Assembly (NCBI GenBank): GCA_965223545.1
Contig: OZ245006.1
Location: forward strand, 6,432,001 to 6,496,000
DNA length: 64,000 bases
Source: Planctomycetota bacterium
GTDB lineage: Bacteria > Planctomycetota > UBA1135 > UBA2386
Reading direction: 5' to 3'
Of the stretch, positions 58,772-64,000 are shown piece after piece; the first letter of the stretch is position 1, and each line of letters opens with the position of its first letter. The position numbers were made by a program, and so were the translations under genes. The notes beneath the pieces are model-generated. The model was not told the origin of the DNA. It was given only the letters and a program-made list of their open reading frames with translations, and searched no databases.

Positions 58772-61024
58772 TCAGTGTGGACCGATCGTCAAAGCGAGCG
58801 CGTGCGTGCTGAGGACGCCCGCGGGGTTGGCGATGGGTACCAACTCGAACGCCTGCGCGTAGACCGTCGCTCCGACGAGGCTGGCGCTGGCCGGCAGGGG
58901 CGCGCCCCACAGAGCGCGTCCGTTGGCGCTGGCGAACCCGACGGCCGTCTCGGCGCTGTGGTAGAGCCAGCATCCCGGCATGCCGGCGAAGCCGAGGGCG
59001 AGTGGCAAGGGGACAGTGCCGAGAAGGCGGCTCGAGAGTCCCAGCGCGATGGCGCCGGTGGAGACTCCGGATTGCAGCGAGGTCAACGCGAGGACGAGCG
59101 TCTCGCCGATTGCCGGAACTTGCGGACTTGGCACCTCGATGCGCGGCGCGCGTCCGAGGACTCCGCAGCCGGCGCCAAACGGTGCGACGGCTCCTCCGCG
59201 GTAGACCCAGGTGTCGTTGAGCTCGCCCTCGGGCTCCCCGCTGTGTCCGCCGCACATCACGATCTGGCCAGTGCCGTTGCTGGAAGCCGCGGCGTGGTCG
59301 CGCCGCGGACCGACGCCGAGGCGCAAGGCCATCCGCGTCCACGTCGAGCCGTCCAGCTCCCAGACGTCGCCGAGGGGGGCTCCGCCGGCTTCGCCAAAGG
59401 CGAGAACGATCCGGCCGCGACCGTAGTCGTAGGTCAGGCTGTGTCCGGCACGCGCCGGAGGTGTGACGGGGGAGAGGACGCTGAGCCAGGTCGTGCCATT
59501 CCACTCCCACGTGTCGCTGAGCCAGCGCGTCGCGGTCCGCCCGCCGAACAGCACGACGCGCCCGCGCAGGGGATCGGAGACCATGGCGTGGCCGACGCGT
59601 CCCGCCGGCGCGTTGGCGGGCTGCAGCGCGGTCCAGGCAGTGCCGTCATAGGCCCAGGTGTCGCCGATCAGGCCGTTGTCTCCACCGAACAGGAGCAGCC
59701 GCTGGCCGACGGGTTCGTGAGCCATCGCCGCTTGCGCTCTCGGCGATGGGCTGGTTGCGGTCACGATTGCGCGCCAGTTGGTGCCATCCCATTCCCAGGT
59801 GTCGTTCTGCAGCCCACCGCGGACCGAGCCCCCGAACACGACCACTCGATCGCGGGTGAAGTCGGTGGCCATGGCGTGACCGAAGCGCGCCGCCGGTCGG
59901 CTTGCCGGCTGCGCCAGCGACCAGGCGCGGTCGCGCCAGATCCAGGTGTCGTCGTAGCGCACAAAGCGCGCCCCAGTGACGTTGTAGTGTTGCCCGCCGA
60001 ACAGAATGGCGTCGCCGCCCGCGGTCGCTGCCATCGCCGCCATCGCTACTCCGTCGCCGGGCAGCATCTGGAGTCCCGATGGGGGGGCGCTGGCGCGGCT
60101 CCAGTTGGTGCCGTCCCAATCCCAAGTCTCATTCGACTTGATCAGGTTGCCATCGAGCCCGCCGAAGAGAACGACTCGGCCCCGAACCTCATCGTAGGCG
60201 AGGGCTGCGCTGGTCAGAGCCGGTGGTCGATTCGCCGTCGTGCGCAGGGACCACTGGCTGCCGTTCCACTCCCAGGTGTCGCCGAGCGGAGTCGACGTGC
60301 CGCCACCGCCGTAGACCACGACGCGCTGGCGCCGGCGGTCGTAGGCGATCCCATGTCCGCTGCGGGGAGCAGAGGCCGGCGCCGATGCGCGTTGGCTCCA
60401 GGTCGTACCGTCCCACTCCCATGTCTGTCGCTGGCCGAACAGCACGACTCGCTGTCGCGCGGCGTCGTAGGCCATGGCGTGCTTGCGCATCGCCGGCGGG
60501 CTCACGGTGGGGATGTGCTGAGTCCATTGCGCCCCGTCCCACTCCCACGTGTCGGCGAGCGGCGAGAACCAGTTGCCGCCGAACAGCACCGTCCGTCCCC
60601 GTGCCTCGTCGAAAGCCATCGCGTGCTCCTGGCGCTGCTCCGGCGTCGTGGCCGGAGACTTTCTCTCCCAGGCGAGGCCATCCCATTCCCAGGTCTCAGT
60701 GGAACCGACGGTCCCGCCGAACAGGACCAGCCGCCCGCGGTTCCGGTCGTAGGCGATGGCCGGTTCGCGGCGTGGCCTCGGGCTGCCCGCCGCATCGGCG
60801 AGGCGCATCCAGCGTCGACCGCTCCACTCCCAGACATCGCCGAGATCGAAGCCGGAGCGAGCGTGCCCACCGAACACGATCGCTCGGCCGCGGTTGCTGT
60901 CGTAAGCCATGGCGTGCAGCCAGCGGCCCTCGATCGACAGGCCATGGTCCCATGTCGTTTGACTAACGACGCTCGCGGCGCAGAGCAAGAACGCCGCGAG
61001 GTCCCGAATCCTCGCGCAGGTCAT
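58772..61024 (-). CDS. Secreted Kelch-repeat (DTWEWDG-type) beta-propeller protein with C-terminal shared module
   Basis: About 11 repeats of R-x-GH-AMAYD-xxR-xx-VVLFGG...DTWEWDG-xxW; signal peptide ending VVSQ. Confidence 0.88.
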   Translation of the reverse strand: MTCARIRDLAAFLLCAASVVSQTTWDHGLSIEGRWLHAMAYDSNRGRAIVFGGHARSGFDLGDVWEWSGRRWMRLADAAGSPRPRREPAIAYDRNRGRLVLFGGTVGSTETWEWDGLAWERKSPATTPEQRQEHAMAFDEARGRTVLFGGNWFSPLADTWEWDGAQWTQHIPTVSPPAMRKHAMAYDAARQRVVLFGQRQTWEWDGTTWSQRASAPASAPRSGHGIAYDRRRQRVVVYGGGGTSTPLGDTWEWNGSQWSLRTTANRPPALTSAALAYDEVRGRVVLFGGLDGNLIKSNETWDWDGTNWSRASAPPSGLQMLPGDGVAMAAMAATAGGDAILFGGQHYNVTGARFVRYDDTWIWRDRAWSLAQPASRPAARFGHAMATDFTRDRVVVFGGSVRGGLQNDTWEWDGTNWRAIVTATSPSPRAQAAMAHEPVGQRLLLFGGDNGLIGDTWAYDGTAWTALQPANAPAGRVGHAMVSDPLRGRVVLFGGRTATRWLSDTWEWNGTTWLSVLSPVTPPARAGHSLTYDYGRGRIVLAFGEAGGAPLGDVWELDGSTWTRMALRLGVGPRRDHAAASSNGTGQIVMCGGHSGEPEGELNDTWVYRGGAVAPFGAGCGVLGRAPRIEVPSPQVPAIGETLVLALTSLQSGVSTGAIALGLSSRLLGTVPLPLALGFAGMPGCWLYHSAETAVGFASANGRALWGAPLPASASLVGATVYAQAFELVPIANPAGVLSTHALALTIGPH

Positions 61025-61106
61025 GTGGGGACTATAGCGCTCAGCGCCCGGCAGGTGCGTGCACCTCGGAGATCGAGGAGCATGTACCGAAGACGCCGAG
61101 ACGGCG

Positions 61107-61995
61107 TCACGGCAGCAACAGGCGCAACCGCCCGACACGGAGTGCTCGAACGCGCGCTTCGGGTCGACCCAGGGGCCACGGCCCCGCCGAGCGGAGCTCG
61201 AGGGTCTCCTGCATCGAACCTGCAGAGATGCGGTAGTGTTGCCAGTGCTCGCGGCCGAAGTAGTCGAACCAGGAGCCGTCGTCTTCTCGAGCGCTGTCAG
61301 CTCGCGGCACTTCGTTGAAGCAATAGATGATGGCGAGGTAGCACCAGAAGACCGCCCAGGGAGCGAGGGGCAGACAGAAGTGCGCGGCAAGCGACATGAC
61401 GCCCGATCCGATCCAGGCCTCGGTGTAGCGCCGTGGCGACCCGAGGATCAGGCGCAAGCTGGCGACGACATCGAAGGCCGAGACGGTGCGCCGGGTCTGT
61501 GAAAACCCTGAGGAAACCAGCGGGGATCGCGAACGTGGTCGCTGCGAACAACACTCCGAGCAGGGCGAGTTCGGTGTGTAGGCCTTCGACGTCGACTCCC
61601 CAGCGCAGCCAGCCGAGCCACAGTGGGACGATGAGCGTGGAGAAGATGGGGAACGCCAAGAAGAACAGCAGCACCCAGGCCCACGGCACCAGGGGCCACA
61701 GCTCCAGTTCGCGAGTGCGCAGTGCGAGCCACAGGTAGAGCGGGGCGAAGTAGCCGTGGATCACACCCATGGCAGCCAAGCCGTGCCGCAGTGCGCGTCC
61801 GTGATTGCCGTGCCAGTCGGGAAGGAGCGGTCGGCTGCCGTCCAGCAAGTGCTCGACGAACAGGCGGCGGTAGCCGAGCGCCAAGGGCCAACCGACGAAG
61901 GGGATCGCGAGCAGGAGGCCGCCGCGGAAGATGCGCCGCCGCCAGGCCGGGTCTGCAGTACAGGCAAGGGCCGCGGATCGCCAGTCCAGCGCCAT
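61107..61995 (-). pseudogene. DUF4013-like membrane protein gene split by a 1-nt frameshift (pseudogene or sequencing error)
   Basis: MALDWRSA...LLLAIPFVGWPLALGY...LPDW...IPAGFLRV continues sensibly (SQTRRTVSAFDVVASLRLILGSPRRYTEAW...) only if one A of AAAA at 61502-61505 is removed. Confidence 0.75.
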
Positions 61996-62516
61996 CACGT
62001 CGTCGATCCGCGCAGGCGGAGCGCGGCCCGTGCGTCGCCGATCCCGCTGCAGAGAACACCCGCCGACATGATGGCCAACGTCACTTGCACGGGCCAGGCC
62101 ACCGCGGGTTCGTAGATCCACGCGGTCTCGTGCTCCAGCCACGGCAGCCCGGCGATGCAGTAGCAGGCGACGAAGGCGCCGAACAGCATCGCGATGATGC
62201 TGTGGAGCACGTACTCGCCAGTCGGGAGGCCTCCCATTGGCGCCCGGCTCCGGCGCTCCACCGCGAAATCCCAGATGGAGATCGCGACGTCGAAGGCGAG
62301 GACCCCGAGCATGAACACGAACCACGCGCCGTGCGCGGCGAAGTTTGGCACGACGGCAAAGAGGATCGCGTAGGTCGGGCCGCGCAGGGCGTGGGTGATC
62401 AGCTCGTGCCGCGCCGATGGCTGGCGGCGCAGATCGTGGGTGCGGGTGTGGAAGAGCGCGATGTCGAGTGCCCCCAGGAGTCCGACCAGCAGGAGCAGGT
62501 AGGTTGCCGCAGCCAC
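61995..62516 (-). CDS. Small integral membrane protein with conserved His/Glu motifs
   Basis: Four to five TM segments; LGALDIALFH...HELITHALR...WDFAVERRSR...GGLPTGEYVLH. TGATG overlap with the downstream gene. Confidence 0.75.
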   Translation of the reverse strand: MAAATYLLLLVGLLGALDIALFHTRTHDLRRQPSARHELITHALRGPTYAILFAVVPNFAAHGAWFVFMLGVLAFDVAISIWDFAVERRSRAPMGGLPTGEYVLHSIIAMLFGAFVACYCIAGLPWLEHETAWIYEPAVAWPVQVTLAIMSAGVLCSGIGDARAALRLRGSTT

Positions 62517-62696
62517 GGCGGGATGATGCCACCACGGCGCGTTGGGTGCACCCGTCCACCGATCGAAGCAGAACGAGAGATCGAGGCCGGCGCGGACGCT
62601 CTCGACCTCGGAGCGGTGAAGACGCTACTACGGGGGTTGCTCGCCCGCCCACCGTTGCCTGTGATGGGCGTGGCGCCCGTCTGCCTTCGGGTCCTG

Positions 62697-64000
62697 ATGC
62701 AAGATCTGGCCGAGGAACTGTACCACCAACTCCCACCGGGCCCTCCCGACGTGCGCGCCGCAGCGCTGGCGGAGTTGCTCGCTGCGCATCCCGACTGCGC
62801 CGATCGGCTGGCCGAACTCGAGCAGCAACGCGAGCGGGCGGCCGCCTTGATCGCGCGGCTCGGTGGTCCGTCGCTCGAGGTCTTGGCGGTCGAGGACGAT
62901 GTGGGTTGGCGCAGCGAGGAGCGTCGCACGTTGGAGGCGTTGGTCGAGGAGATCCGCGTGCCGCGCACCCCGGAGTCGCTGCTCACGATCGGCCGCGTTG
63001 CGCGTGGTGGCATGAGCGTGGTCGACAAGGTGTGGGACTCGCGGCTACGGCGCGTGCTCGCGCGCAAGCTGCTGCCGCTGCCGGTCGACGCCCCCGATGC
63101 CAACCGCCGGGACCGCCGGCGACTGAGTCGGTTTCTCGATGAGGCGCAGATCGCGAGCCAGCTGCAGCACCCCTCCATTCTGTCCGTGCACGACATCGGC
63201 ATCGATGCGCGAGGGCGCCCCTACATCAGGATGCCGTTGGTGGCTGGCGAACACTTCGGTCAGATCGTCCGCCGAGTGCACGATGCGGCCGACGAGGCGT
63301 GGACGCAACCGCGCGCAATCGGCGTGCTGCTGCGGGTGTGCGAAGCGATGGCATACGCGCACAGCAAGGGGGTCGTGCACCGCGATCTGAAGCCGCACAA
63401 CGTGATGGTGGGGCGTTTTGGCGAGACGTTGGTGATGGACTGGGGGCTCGCCAAGGTGTTGGACCGCGAGGAGGAGGACGGGGTCGTGATGCGCAGCGCC
63501 ACCGTCGAGGTGCTGCGGCCACAAGACGAGGAACTGCGCACGTTGGACGGCGACGTCATCGGCACGCCCGTGTACATGGCACCCGAGCAAGCGCGCGGGC
63601 AGATCGATGCGCAGGGCGTCGGGGTCGACCTGTACGCGATCGGGGCAATGCTCTACGAGTTGTGCGCGGGACAGCCGCCGTACGGGGAAGAGCAATCGGG
63701 ATCGACGCCACGGGAGGTGCTGGCCACGGTGCGCAGTCGCTCGCCACGGCCACTGCATCGAGCTGCGCCCGCGACCCCCCCGGAGCTCGTCGCGGTCTGC
63801 AGCAAGGCGATGGCTCCAAGTCCCGAGCAGCGCTATCCGAGTGTCGCAGCTCTCGGACGAGACCTGCAGGCCTACCTGGACCAGCGGGTTGTCCTCGCCT
63901 ACCGCACCGGCGCGTGGGCCGAGGCCGTGAAGTGGGTTCGGCGCAACCGAGCGGTCGCTGTCGTGGCAGGGGTTGCGTTCGTGTTGTTGGCCTTGGCCGC
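62697..64000 (+). CDS. Eukaryotic-like serine/threonine protein kinase (truncated by window end)
   Basis: Manual translation: VARGGMSVV, RFLDEAQIASQLQHPSILSVHD, HRDLKPHN, MDWGLAK, GTPVYMAPEQ, DLYAIG, KWVRRNR followed by a TM helix. Start approximate. Confidence 0.92.
   Translation, partial: MQDLAEELYHQLPPGPPDVRAAALAELLAAHPDCADRLAELEQQRERAAALIARLGGPSLEVLAVEDDVGWRSEERRTLEALVEEIRVPRTPESLLTIGRVARGGMSVVDKVWDSRLRRVLARKLLPLPVDAPDANRRDRRRLSRFLDEAQIASQLQHPSILSVHDIGIDARGRPYIRMPLVAGEHFGQIVRRVHDAADEAWTQPRAIGVLLRVCEAMAYAHSKGVVHRDLKPHNVMVGRFGETLVMDWGLAKVLDREEEDGVVMRSATVEVLRPQDEELRTLDGDVIGTPVYMAPEQARGQIDAQGVGVDLYAIGAMLYELCAGQPPYGEEQSGSTPREVLATVRSRSPRPLHRAAPATPPELVAVCSKAMAPSPEQRYPSVAALGRDLQAYLDQRVVLAYRTGAWAEAVKWVRRNRAVAVVAGVAFVLLALA

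Noticed and set aside
58772..61024. Nucleotide-level repeats in the Kelch, PQQ and FG-GAP genes as possible DNA repeat arrays or diversity-generating elements
   Set aside because: They are explained by degenerate protein repeat units. No reverse transcriptase or template/variable repeat pair was seen.

Overview
This is a very GC-rich bacterial chromosomal segment, most likely from a Planctomycetota lineage. That assignment is inferred from a membrane-anchored ECF sigma factor fusion, a eukaryotic-like Ser/Thr kinase, a tandem DUF1080 protein, orphan prepilin-type proteins and many large secreted propeller or hydrolase proteins. From left to right it contains: (1) a minus-strand glycosyltransferase cluster, including a ~1613-aa GT4-GT2-coiled coil-GT4 protein, interrupted by a 3 x 195-bp highly structured intergenic tandem repeat; (2) infA, a prepilin-type protein, dacB, an enolase-superfamily dehydratase and an ECF sigma fusion; (3) a CNNM/CBS protein, two short SDRs and a giant pseudopilin-like protein; (4) a type IIA topoisomerase pair in A-before-B order with an aberrant quinolone-binding helix; (5) a long run of secreted or membrane enzymes (CocE hydrolases, beta-helix, GSDH-LamG, a transglutaminase-elicitor-like protein, PQQ/FG-GAP/Kelch propellers, SGNH, M1 peptidase, alpha/beta hydrolase); (6) a frameshifted membrane-protein gene and a truncated Ser/Thr kinase. 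The best leads are a ~100-140-aa module shared by up to seven otherwise unrelated exported proteins (candidate lineage-specific sorting or anchoring domain), the structured 195-bp array, the bacterial Pep-13/GP42-like transglutaminase and a dispersed REP-like 34-bp element. I found no rRNA, tRNA, CRISPR array or transposase. All family assignments are by-eye motif recognition, not database searches.
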